A stretch of DNA of 25,605 bases from a virus (Duplodnaviria > Caudoviricetes): positions 1-25,605 of IMG/VR virus record IMGVR_UViG_3300010362_001190. One strand, written 5' to 3'. This document shows, in pieces, positions 7,545-16,005 of this stretch. Position 1 is the stretch's first letter. Every line of letters begins with the position of its first letter. Below the pieces are notes generated by a model. It did no database searches. It was not told where the DNA came from and saw only the letters and a list, made by a program, of their open reading frames with translations. The position numbers were made by a program, and so were the translations under genes.

Positions 7545-8527
7545 AGGCCGCACTCTTCCAGGGTCGCAAAGCGCACCCCACTACTGCCTAAGAGGAGGAG
7601 GCGCGCATCCGCGGGCGGCAGGGCAAAGATGCCAGGCCCATGCCACTGCTTGTAGGCCACGTCACGCGGGAAATAGAGCGACACGTGTTCTGGCATATAC
7701 TCAGGATCGACACAATGCCAGCGCTGGCCATCCCAGGCATAGGGGCGGTCTTCGGGTAAATCGGTGTAATGCGGGAGCCAGTCAGCAGGGAGGAGAAACT
7801 GGCCACAGCCACAACGGCCACACAAACCTACTTCTTGCCGATGACAGCCCGGACAGGGCGGTAATGGGGGGCGCGGCTCGCTATAGGGCGCGCGGGTCAC
7901 CACGCGTTTGACATGCTCACTCTCTACGGCCACAACCAACTCAGGCAGCGGGACTTTTCTCTGGCGCAGGGCACGGACCTGGAGGGCGGTCTCAACCTCC
8001 TGCCGGGCTGGCGTCTGCTTTTGCCGCTCCCGTTCTAGCACCTGCTCATAGGTCAACAGCTCAGCGCGGATGCTCACCGGATCACTCTGCGTCCAGAAGC
8101 AGACGTTCAAAAAAGAAAAGGTCCAGTCTTCATCATCAGAAAAAAACCACGACCAATCTTCCTCGAACCGTCGCTCGCTATAGTAGCCGTGCGCCGTACA
8201 ACCGTGCCGGCCGGCGGCCCGGGCACGCAGATAACTCTCGACATCTGTCCGGGCATTATCGAGCATCACCAAGAGCATGCGTTTCTCGGCTAGTGCCCGC
8301 TCAGACTGCCCGAGGGTTGCCGTAGCAGTGTATTGGCTAGGCAGCACGGCATCATTGAAGAGTGCATCTTGAAAGGCGCCGCGATCAAAGAGCGGGTCCC
8401 AGCCGTCGGGCAGCGGCCGGTCGAGCCACCACTGCCACTTCGGGAAAAAGCTCGGGTCTTGCTGTTTCCACCACTTAGCCGGATATTCTCGCTTCCCCCA
8501 ATAATGCGGCGGCGTCTCGCGGATCAT
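7541..8527 (-). CDS. 328-aa multidomain hypothetical protein (start revised from 8692)
   Basis: GGAGG RBS and ATGA overlap at 8527; Trp-rich N-terminus, LPSQ..EKRMLL..WFFSD..FSFLNVC..DP..IR domain, CPGC..CGRCGC Cys cluster, C-terminal HGPG domain. Confidence 0.8.
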   Translation of the reverse strand: MIRETPPHYWGKREYPAKWWKQQDPSFFPKWQWWLDRPLPDGWDPLFDRGAFQDALFNDAVLPSQYTATATLGQSERALAEKRMLLVMLDNARTDVESYLRARAAGRHGCTAHGYYSERRFEEDWSWFFSDDEDWTFSFLNVCFWTQSDPVSIRAELLTYEQVLERERQKQTPARQEVETALQVRALRQRKVPLPELVVAVESEHVKRVVTRAPYSEPRPPLPPCPGCHRQEVGLCGRCGCGQFLLPADWLPHYTDLPEDRPYAWDGQRWHCVDPEYMPEHVSLYFPRDVAYKQWHGPGIFALPPADARLLLLGSSGVRFATLEECGL

Positions 8528-9372
8528 GGCGCCTCCGGCAAGAGTAATTGCACCGAGCAGCGACAGCTCGGGTGGGTCGGCGGTGAGAAGACCCGGGCGC
8601 CTGTGCCAGTGATAAACGGTTGCTTGAGGGGCTGAATCTGATTCGCCATCGGTAAACAGATCGGCGGGCAAGCCCCGGCGGCAATCAGCCATTGCCGGCT
8701 TGCCGTGGCGGGATCAAATAAGCCCTCAGCCGCGGCTGTATCCCAGGCTAACTGTTCCCCCTGATGTAAGGCGGTCAACGTCTCAGTGCGTGCGATATTC
8801 ATCACCCGATAGCGCAGCAAGCGACTCGCATAGTCATCAGCAAGCTGATTGGCCCGGGTCACCGAAGTCCCTTCGGCAAGCAGCCGTTGCCGCATGCGTT
8901 CCACGGCCACAGCATGGCGAGGCAAGAGGCCGACCGTGCGCTCTAGACTTGTCGCCATATCAAAGATGCGCTCGCCGCTGCGCAATCCCTGTTCGACGAC
9001 CGCACGGATCGTCAGGCGTTGTGCATCACTGACAAAGCGCACGAGGTTAGCGGCTTGTTGCCCAGCATAGAGGGCCACATACGGATTCTCAGAGGTCATC
9101 TCTAGGGCGAGGGCTGCCGAGAGCGGGGCTGCACCCGCCTGCGCGCCAGCCGCCGTGACATCAGTTAAGGCCCCCTTGAGCGGCTGGTCAGCAATCGGCT
9201 CAAATAGGCGGCCGACGGCGTCAACGTCGAGCCGTTCGAGGGCGGCACTGAGCTGCTCCCGGTCGACAATACCCCGGCGTAAGGCAGCCCGAATAGCCCG
9301 GGCTGTCTCGGGGGTCAGGGCAGCCAAGAACCGGCGTAAGGTCGGCTGTGAGACCTTGGCAATACCGATCAT
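8524..9372 (-). CDS. Head morphogenesis / minor capsid protein (SPP1 gp7, Mu F family)
   Basis: IARTET, RQW, CPPIC and PPTHPSCRC motifs; directly after the portal. Confidence 0.9.
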   Translation of the reverse strand: MIGIAKVSQPTLRRFLAALTPETARAIRAALRRGIVDREQLSAALERLDVDAVGRLFEPIADQPLKGALTDVTAAGAQAGAAPLSAALALEMTSENPYVALYAGQQAANLVRFVSDAQRLTIRAVVEQGLRSGERIFDMATSLERTVGLLPRHAVAVERMRQRLLAEGTSVTRANQLADDYASRLLRYRVMNIARTETLTALHQGEQLAWDTAAAEGLFDPATASRQWLIAAGACPPICLPMANQIQPLKQPFITGTGARVFSPPTHPSCRCSVQLLLPEAP

Positions 9373-10811
9373 GGCCGTGCCCCTGGAGGAGGTGACGGCA
9401 CCGGTGCCTGCTGCACTTGTGCTTGTTGGACTTGGGTCTCTTGGGCTTGTGACCCGAGGGCCTGTGGCCCGGACGGCGGCGCAGGCGGCGGCATTTCCGG
9501 CTCACTGGTCGGCCAGCCCACCTGCTCATCGACCCATTGAATCTTGGCCGGGTCTTCAATCAGCGGATAGCCGACACCAGCAAGTTGACTGATGAACATG
9601 CCGAGTTCTTTCAGATCTACCTTACGGATCGTGCTCGGGCTCAGCACAGCCAGCCGGTCTGTAGGAAACCCGTTCAATTTCCACAGGCGCGGCACTAGAT
9701 AGCTATTAAACACACCGGCAATCGAACTCACCCAGGCATTGAGCGCTAAGGTAAACATATCGGTCTGATCGGCACTGAGGGCATAAGAGCCAGTACGGCC
9801 AGTACCAAGAAACATGAATTGCGCTAGCATCGACATGGCAATGCGCTGATCGAAGCGCTGCACGACAATATCAGTGTTCAGCGCCCGGGAGTTTTCCACT
9901 GAGAGCAGAGAAAAGTCATAGAGCTTATTGCCGTTGGCATCATAGGCGAGCGGCATCAGCAGACCAGCTTGCTCGTCGATACGGACCGAGGTCACGACCT
10001 CCCTCCACTGATCCCGGTTAGCACGGTCTTCGGGCGTGGCCCCGGTAACGACCGCAGGCGGCACCCAGGCTACCGGAATGCCGGCCAGCCCGCGCTCGAT
10101 CCCGATTGCCTCGAAATTTTCAATATGCGTTTTGCGATACCACGGGACATAGGCCCCGCGGATGATGCTCCAGCCCTCTGGGTTGCCCTTAAAGATCTTG
10201 GTACGGAAGAGCAGGGCTTTTTCCAGGGGGATAGTGTGCGGCATATAATCCGGGGCGCCAGACTGCACCATGGCAGTCATGTTGCCATCCTCGGGGTCGA
10301 AGACCCAGCGGATCAGTGAATCCTGGGCACGCAGCGGCAACTTGCGAATCCCGATCAGGCCATCAGTATACTTGCTGCGCTGGGTCGGGTCACGGGATTC
10401 CCCGTTGCGGCGCTTGTAGACAATTTCATGAAAGGCATAGCCGTAGGTGAGAAACGAGAGAATCTCGACCAGGGTATCCGGCCATGAGGTAGACATGTCT
10501 TCAAACAAACTTGTGGTGAGAAATTCCGCACGCTGCTGATCTTCTTGATCCTCAGAGAACGGTTCCACGGCCCAGGTCACGGTACGCAGCAGCATTTCAA
10601 TCGCCAGCAGGACCGCGACCACGACCGGGTCATTGCTGGACATTTCTTGAAAGACGCGCGCGCCTTTCAGGCCGGTCAGTTGCCGGAGAAACTCTTCTTG
10701 GACATAGCCGCCGGAGCGCTTGAGGCCGGTGACGCCGATCTCTTGGAACAGCGGCCCCTCTTGCTTAGTTAAGCCGTTTGACCAGTCAGGCGTGAGTAGT
10801 TCGTGTGCCAT
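9369..10811 (-). CDS. Portal protein (DUF935 / Mu gp29-like)
   Basis: 480 aa; EIGVTGL, YGYAFHEIVY, NPEGWSIIR, IGIERGLAGIP, LAQFMFLG..GSYALS; P/Q-rich tail. Confidence 0.92.
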   Translation of the reverse strand: MAHELLTPDWSNGLTKQEGPLFQEIGVTGLKRSGGYVQEEFLRQLTGLKGARVFQEMSSNDPVVVAVLLAIEMLLRTVTWAVEPFSEDQEDQQRAEFLTTSLFEDMSTSWPDTLVEILSFLTYGYAFHEIVYKRRNGESRDPTQRSKYTDGLIGIRKLPLRAQDSLIRWVFDPEDGNMTAMVQSGAPDYMPHTIPLEKALLFRTKIFKGNPEGWSIIRGAYVPWYRKTHIENFEAIGIERGLAGIPVAWVPPAVVTGATPEDRANRDQWREVVTSVRIDEQAGLLMPLAYDANGNKLYDFSLLSVENSRALNTDIVVQRFDQRIAMSMLAQFMFLGTGRTGSYALSADQTDMFTLALNAWVSSIAGVFNSYLVPRLWKLNGFPTDRLAVLSPSTIRKVDLKELGMFISQLAGVGYPLIEDPAKIQWVDEQVGWPTSEPEMPPPAPPSGPQALGSQAQETQVQQAQVQQAPVPSPPPGARP

Positions 10812-10823
10812 CGTGCATCCTGC

Positions 10824-11900
10824 TCAGGGGAGTCCCTCAGCCGTCGGCTTTTGCAGGCAGAGGATCACTTCACAATTGATTGCCGTGTGGGGATATTTCT
10901 TTTCATGGAGGCGGCGAAAGAAGGATTTCTTTTCTTTCCTCATCACCTGCATGCCATCAAACAGGGTGTGATGCATCATCTCTTCAACGAGCAGGGCCTG
11001 GTGCTCATGCAGGGTGACAAAGCCGAGGCTTTCACACAGGGTGCGCCACTGGCTCGGGAAATCGACGATCTGGCCGTTGCGGACAAAGGCTTTGAGCACC
11101 CAGACCGCATGCCCGCCGGGAGCGAGGAGGGCAAAGCAGTGCTGGAGGATGAGCCGCGAGGCGGACCAAAAATCGTTGCCCGGTGTTTGCCCAAGCTGGC
11201 CGGGCATGGTCATCGCTGCGGGGAAATAGGAGCGCGTGTCTAACCGGCGCGGGGTCGGGTTGGCCTTCGTGGCCTTCAGGGTAAACTCCCCATCACGACT
11301 TTGTTCTGAGTCTGTATAGGGCGGGCTGGCCACCACGGCGGAGAAGTCACCCTCTCGCATCGCGCCGAGCTGCCCCGGTGCGGTCCCGTAGCCATTGTCT
11401 CGTTCAGCCGTCGGTCTATTGGCGAGTTCTCTGGTGCCATGTGACCCGAAAAATGCCCGGCGTTGCGTGATCTCTTGCGCCGCATAGGGGGGCGAGGAAA
11501 TGAGCGCGGCGCAGTGCCCGGTCAGCAGTGCCGGCAACTCTCGGCTATCGCCCTGCAGCATCACAGCCGAGCCCAGACCCGGCAGGGTGCGGTATTTCTG
11601 CACCCAGCGGGCAATGTTCGCGCTGGCTAACACGGCAAACTTTTCCTCGATCTCACAGCCTGTGTAGTGGCATCCGTGCAGCAGGGCATGCAAGGCAAAG
11701 CCGCCGATCCCCCCAAACGGGTCAAGAATCTGGCAGCCCGGCCACAGCCAGCCTTCAGCTTTGAGATGCTGATAGATGCGGCCGGCTAGGGAATACGCGA
11801 CTTTCGCCGGGTGGGCAAATGACGCTGCGGAGAGGATACCCTGCCAGCCCTGGACATAGGCATCGTGCCACTGGTCATAGGTGACGAGTTCCTGCGTCAT
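10824..11900 (-). CDS. Amino (N4-C/N6-A) DNA methyltransferase with two SPPY motifs
   Basis: HPAK, ILDPFGGIGG (motif I), GCEIE, QGDSR, ISSPPY and VASPPY, LAPGG. Confidence 0.88.
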   Translation of the reverse strand: MTQELVTYDQWHDAYVQGWQGILSAASFAHPAKVAYSLAGRIYQHLKAEGWLWPGCQILDPFGGIGGFALHALLHGCHYTGCEIEEKFAVLASANIARWVQKYRTLPGLGSAVMLQGDSRELPALLTGHCAALISSPPYAAQEITQRRAFFGSHGTRELANRPTAERDNGYGTAPGQLGAMREGDFSAVVASPPYTDSEQSRDGEFTLKATKANPTPRRLDTRSYFPAAMTMPGQLGQTPGNDFWSASRLILQHCFALLAPGGHAVWVLKAFVRNGQIVDFPSQWRTLCESLGFVTLHEHQALLVEEMMHHTLFDGMQVMRKEKKSFFRRLHEKKYPHTAINCEVILCLQKPTAEGLP

Positions 11901-11903
11901 TGC

Positions 11904-13229
11904 TCACCGAATCTTCCAGGGACTCGGCCGGCGAAAGTCGGCAAAGTCCGGCGCCACGATCGGGGCCGTCGTCTGTGCCCCCCACCAGGCAAGGGCTAAG
12001 GCGATCACCGTATCATCATGAAACCCTTCGGCTGCTTGGTAGCGCGGCAGACCAGAGGGCAAGCCAGCAACCTCAAAGGCTTGCAGCTCGGCAATCAGAT
12101 GCGGGTCAGCGAGGATGCGGATCTGCTGCCGCTCAAAGGCTAAGGCCAAGGCCTGAATGATCTCGGCCTTACTGGCATTCGTCGTCGTGAAGCCCTGCAC
12201 GGGGAGGTGCAGCCGTTGCAGATGTTCGACGAGCGGGCCGCCCATACTGTTTTGCTCAGCTAGAATCGCCGTCGGCTGAAAGGCCGCGGCCAGGGCCTGC
12301 AAGCGCCCGACCTGCAGGGCATAGTCAATGCGGGTCATGCGATCAAGGGCAACGCAGCTGCGGTTCCGCACATCAACCACGGCAAAGGCTGTGGCATCGG
12401 TCGTCCGGCCCCAATCACAGCCGATGATATAGTGCTGACCGGGCACAGCCGCCGTGAGCGGGGCCACGGTCGCGGCTTCAAGGATATGGCGGAACACCAA
12501 GCCTTCGGCTTCGAGAAATTCAGCGAGAATCTCTTGGCGGAACACCGGCTCACTTAAGGTCTGATAGAGCTGTTCAATCTCACGGAACGGGATATCAGGG
12601 TTTTCTAGCGGATGCGGGGCATAGGCAATTCCCTCAGCGGTGAAGGTCACGCCGACGGTCGGGATCTGCCAGGCCGCGGCATCCGGGTAGGCATGGGCAG
12701 CGAGCCACTCGCGCCAGAACCAGTTGCGGCCCCGCGGGGTGCCGAGCCCCCAGGCCCAGCCGTTCGTATCAATCAGCATCGGCCGCAGCACCTCTTGCCA
12801 GGCTTCGGCCTTCACACTGCTGCACTCATCAATAATCACGCCGTCAGCTGTATGGCCGCGGGCATTGTCCGGGTCATCGAGGGAGCGGAAGATAATCGCC
12901 CCGTGCTGGCGGGGAAAGGCAGCCGTCATCGTGCCCTGATTGAAGACTGCGAGGGCTGCCGCTGCATACTGCGTCTCATCCCAGGCAATGCGGACCTGAT
13001 CATAGACCGGGGCGCCCCACAGCACGCGTTTGCCGGCCGCAGCCGCCTCGACCGCCACTGCCATCGCGAGCGTCGATTTTCGCCAGCGGCGGCCGGCCGC
13101 GAGCCAATTAAACCGATTCGCCTGCCGCCGCACCGTTTGTTGACCCGGGTGCGGGTAAGGCAGGCGGATCTCCGGGCTGGGTGGGCTCTGCACGGGATGA
13201 TGCCGCACGGGTCTCCTTTCGCCAATCAT
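11904..13229 (-). CDS. terL: Terminase large subunit
   Basis: PHPGQ, AGRRWRKST (Walker A variant), VIIDE (Walker B), GTPRGRNWF, GCDWG, HDDTVIALALA; exact start uncertain. Confidence 0.95.
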   Translation of the reverse strand: MIGERRPVRHHPVQSPPSPEIRLPYPHPGQQTVRRQANRFNWLAAGRRWRKSTLAMAVAVEAAAAGKRVLWGAPVYDQVRIAWDETQYAAAALAVFNQGTMTAAFPRQHGAIIFRSLDDPDNARGHTADGVIIDECSSVKAEAWQEVLRPMLIDTNGWAWGLGTPRGRNWFWREWLAAHAYPDAAAWQIPTVGVTFTAEGIAYAPHPLENPDIPFREIEQLYQTLSEPVFRQEILAEFLEAEGLVFRHILEAATVAPLTAAVPGQHYIIGCDWGRTTDATAFAVVDVRNRSCVALDRMTRIDYALQVGRLQALAAAFQPTAILAEQNSMGGPLVEHLQRLHLPVQGFTTTNASKAEIIQALALAFERQQIRILADPHLIAELQAFEVAGLPSGLPRYQAAEGFHDDTVIALALAWWGAQTTAPIVAPDFADFRRPSPWKIR

Positions 13230-13569
13230 TCACGTATCTCACAGTGAGTAATGGTTCGCCATCACGGCCGGTGTATTCCCGCCGCTCGGTGTAGCCCCGG
13301 TCTTTGGCTTGCGTCTTGAGGTAAAAACAAATGGCCCAGGGCTCGCCCTTCTGAATCGCTTCCCACAACTTGCCTTCGGTGAAATCGACCCGCTGGCCCT
13401 TCAGTTCCTGCACGACTTCGGCAATCGCGGCATAGCGGGCGACATAGCGTTTGAGGGTCGATTGCGAGCAGTGCAACTCATTGGCGGCGAGGAACTGCAG
13501 GCCGCCAGTCTTGCGCAGCGCGGCAATCACCTGCGGCGGCTCAAAGTTGAATTTCTTCCGCGATGGCAT
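13108..13569 (-). CDS. terS: Terminase small subunit (HTH)
   Basis: ALRKTGG..AANELHCSQSTLKRY HTH, AICFYLKTQAKDRGYTER, TGRDGEPL; upstream of and overlapping terL. Confidence 0.85.
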   Translation of the reverse strand: MPSRKKFNFEPPQVIAALRKTGGLQFLAANELHCSQSTLKRYVARYAAIAEVVQELKGQRVDFTEGKLWEAIQKGEPWAICFYLKTQAKDRGYTERREYTGRDGEPLLTVRYVNDWRKETRAASSRAEPTQPGDPPALPAPGSTNGAAAGESV

Positions 13570-13654
13570 GCAGTGCTCACGGCGCACCGCTGCCCAGCTT
13601 GGGGTGCACCGGGCAGCGGGGGGGAAGGGACATTACGTCGGGAGGCGTAATCAG

Positions 13655-13686
13655 GCTAGGGTAGCCGGCTAGACAAGAAAATACAA
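13655..13686 (-). promoter_or_regulatory. Putative terS promoter
   Basis: TTGTAT-17-TACCCT-AGC in the intergenic gap. Confidence 0.5.
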
Positions 13687-13695
13687 GGTTCATGC

Positions 13696-14817
13696 TTAGC
13701 TCGTCGGCCCGCCAAATGTCAGGTAATGGACAGTCGCCCGCACGACCCCGCCGGTAAAACTCCCGCCGTTCGCGGTCAGGACTACGTTCGTTGCCGTCGG
13801 GAAATAACTCGGGGAGGTCGCAGCGAAGTTGGTGCCGCTCGTGGTGGTGCCAAGTGCAATCCCCACAGTCGTCCCCCAGCGGGTCGCGGTGACGCCATCA
13901 CCCACGCTGAAACTAGTCGCGCCGGTGATTGCCGTCGTCACACGCACAGTGACACCTAGGACAAAAGCGCCGGCCGGGATCAGGCTCGTGAGGTTGACTG
14001 CGGCGCCAGAAAGCGCGCCGGTCTGGGCCGACACTTGGCCGCAGAACATCTGGGCGCCGTTGGCAGTCAGTTGATATTGGCCGCCGGTATTATCGATGGC
14101 ATAGCGATCAGTGGCGCCCGCAGCACCGCCCTGGCAGCGCAGGAAGTAGTTCTGCCCGGTCGGCAACGCGGTTTCGGTCACGCCGATATGCAGCGCTTCA
14201 TAACTGCCGGCGCCGGGGGTGGCAGCAGAGTAATTCACCACCGGGGAAATGTTGAGCCCGTACCAGGCAAGCGTGGAGGTCAACGTGGGCGCCGGGCCGC
14301 CGCCGACGGCAACCCCTAAGGCGTAACTCGTGCCCGTCGTCGTCGTCCAGGTCGTGGCCCGGGAAATGGCCACTTGCCCGTTCGTGGTCGAGGTTTGGCT
14401 GACGTTCGAGGCAATGTCGATTTGCGTCGTGCTGGCAACAGGAATAACAAAAGCCGCCACTGCCGTATTGCCATAGCGAAATTGCAAATTCCGTGCAGTC
14501 CCGCCCGTCGTCGCGGTACGAATGACGGCGACGCCGGCACTGGCTTGCCAATTAAACTCTAGCCATTCATCGTTGGCACCACTAGCAAACGTATTATAAA
14601 TCCGTTGGTTCTGTGCATTGACGCCATTGCGCTGCGCAAGCACGTTCGCGGCATCACGGATCAAAGCACTATCAGTGAAGGTGATCGGATTGGCGCCCAT
14701 CGCCAAGGTACCGGCCACGGTCGTGATGCCGGTGAGCGTGGCATTATTGAAGCCGCCGCCGCCCGCACCGACGCCTTGCAACACGCCATCAATCGCGACA
14801 AAGGGGATATTGGCCAT
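13696..14817 (-). CDS. Fibre/spike-like virion protein
   Basis: 373 aa, T/G/A-rich and beta-rich; C-terminal IPAGAFVLGVTVRVTTAITGATSF..LTANGGSFTGGVVR resembles the C-terminal domain of DUF2793-containing fibre proteins. Confidence 0.7.
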   Translation of the reverse strand: MANIPFVAIDGVLQGVGAGGGGFNNATLTGITTVAGTLAMGANPITFTDSALIRDAANVLAQRNGVNAQNQRIYNTFASGANDEWLEFNWQASAGVAVIRTATTGGTARNLQFRYGNTAVAAFVIPVASTTQIDIASNVSQTSTTNGQVAISRATTWTTTTGTSYALGVAVGGGPAPTLTSTLAWYGLNISPVVNYSAATPGAGSYEALHIGVTETALPTGQNYFLRCQGGAAGATDRYAIDNTGGQYQLTANGAQMFCGQVSAQTGALSGAAVNLTSLIPAGAFVLGVTVRVTTAITGATSFSVGDGVTATRWGTTVGIALGTTTSGTNFAATSPSYFPTATNVVLTANGGSFTGGVVRATVHYLTFGGPTS

Positions 14818-14820
14818 ACC

Positions 14821-15054
14821 TTAGTGTCCGACCGGCGCCAGCTCCGGTGTCACATCAAGTGAGCCATCACCTGGCACTGGCTGCAAGGCAAACAGTAAGC
14901 CCTCAATCGCCCCGTCCATTTGCAGGATCGAGCGGTCAATAGTCTGAATCTCATTTTGATAACTGACGGCGAGCCGGGCTAACTCGTCGCGTTTGGCCAG
15001 CAGGGCAAAGCGCTGTTCACGGATCTCTTTCAACTTTTCTTCCAGGCGGGTCAT
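14821..15054 (-). CDS. Small coiled-coil protein (possible fibre chaperone)
   Basis: Heptad-like LEEKLKEIREQR..LQMDGAIEGL; ATGA overlap with upstream gene. Confidence 0.65.
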   Translation of the reverse strand: MTRLEEKLKEIREQRFALLAKRDELARLAVSYQNEIQTIDRSILQMDGAIEGLLFALQPVPGDGSLDVTPELAPVGH

Positions 15055-15392
15055 AGGTTCGCATCTCCCGTCACATCGACGACCCCGCCGGTAATCGGCG
15101 TCGAGATCCGGCAGCGGAGAATGCGGAACGTGCCGCCTAACTTCACCGTGCGTTTGGTATTGTCGGCCATCCAGGTCACCGTCGCCAGCGACCCCCAGGT
15201 GCCGGCATAGCCCGAGACATCAGACTCCTCAACCGTAATCACGCCGCCGGTCGAGCCATTGCGGAAGGTAATAACGATCGCGAACTGACCGGGCAGCCCC
15301 TGGCCGTCATACTCCGCCCCAGGGGCCGCAGCCGAGCCGCCGGCCTGAAAGACAAAATTCCGGGCATAGAGATGATTTTCAATCAGTGCCAT
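15051..15392 (-). CDS. Small beta-sandwich protein (possible spike base / decoration)
   Basis: 113 aa with alternating beta-strand pattern, ITVEESD..TW, FRILRCRIS..ITGG. Confidence 0.6.
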   Translation of the reverse strand: MALIENHLYARNFVFQAGGSAAAPGAEYDGQGLPGQFAIVITFRNGSTGGVITVEESDVSGYAGTWGSLATVTWMADNTKRTVKLGGTFRILRCRISTPITGGVVDVTGDANL

Positions 15393-15408
15393 AATGACTC
15401 ACAGTCCG

Positions 15409-15440
15409 GCTAAAGTACCGAAGCCCGTAGGGAAAAACAA
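15409..15440 (-). promoter_or_regulatory. Putative promoter of the fibre module
   Basis: TTGTTT-17-TACTTT-AGC about 20 nt upstream of ATG 15392. Confidence 0.45.
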
Positions 15441-15452
15441 GTTTTGCACTCC

Positions 15453-15554
15453 TCAGAGCTGCCGCAGGGCTGCGAGCGCGCAATTGACTGCTACCCCGAC
15501 AAGCAGGAGAAACAGCAGTAGGACTCCACCAGCCAAGACAAGCCACAGCAGCAT
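15453..15554 (-). CDS. 33-aa single-transmembrane peptide
   Basis: Hand-translated MLLWLVLAGGVLLLFLLLVGVAVNCALAALRQL; ATG abuts the upstream TGA; GGAGG upstream. Confidence 0.55.
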   Translation of the reverse strand: MLLWLVLAGGVLLLFLLLVGVAVNCALAALRQL

Positions 15555-15851
15555 TCATCCTGCCCTCCGGGCCTCAGCCGCGGCGCGGGCTTTCAAGGTC
15601 TCATCAATCGAGTGCAACGTCTGTTCAAGGGCAAGGAGCCGGCCGTCAAGATGCTGATAGGTCTCGGCTAGTTTTTGGAATTTGAGGCGCAGATACCCAG
15701 CAAGCACGCTGCCGGCTGCCCCGAGGGCCATGACCGTCGTGCCTTCGAGTTTGAAGAAATCCGTCAGTCGCAGTTTCATCTCCGGTGAGACCTCCGGTGT
15801 CACTGGGAGCGCGAGCATGAGCGGGAGCAGCCAGGTCAGCACGACCTGCAT
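15555..15851 (-). CDS. Membrane protein with coiled coil (holin-like)
   Basis: AAGGGGG RBS before ATG 15851; hydrophobic N-terminus, second hydrophobic segment VMALGAAGSVLAGYL, then a coiled coil. Confidence 0.55.
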   Translation of the reverse strand: MQVVLTWLLPLMLALPVTPEVSPEMKLRLTDFFKLEGTTVMALGAAGSVLAGYLRLKFQKLAETYQHLDGRLLALEQTLHSIDETLKARAAAEARRAG

Positions 15852-15973
15852 GGGCTTCCCCCTTGCTGGACGATGCCAGGAAGGCACACAGGCTTCGCAG
15901 GGTTCACGCTTGCCATCAGTTCGCCTCTCGTGAGGGGATAACTACAGCCAAACGGTTGTCGTGTCTGTAACGA

Positions 15974-16005
15974 GCTATTATGGCCTATTTTCCGCTAGCT
16001 GACTA
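15974..16005 (-). promoter_or_regulatory. Putative promoter at the start of the late region
   Basis: TAGTCA-17-CATAAT-AGC, divergent from the RHH promoter. Confidence 0.5.

Noticed and set aside
8528-8692. N-terminal extension of the 383-aa ORF
   Set aside because: Overlaps the conserved end of the gp7-like gene; a GGAGG RBS and ATGA coupling support the start at 8527.
10824-11900. MTase as the cognate partner of the HNH-helicase in a restriction-modification system
   Set aside because: About 5 kb apart, on the opposite strand and in the late operon; orphan MTases near terminase genes are common, and no sequence evidence links them.
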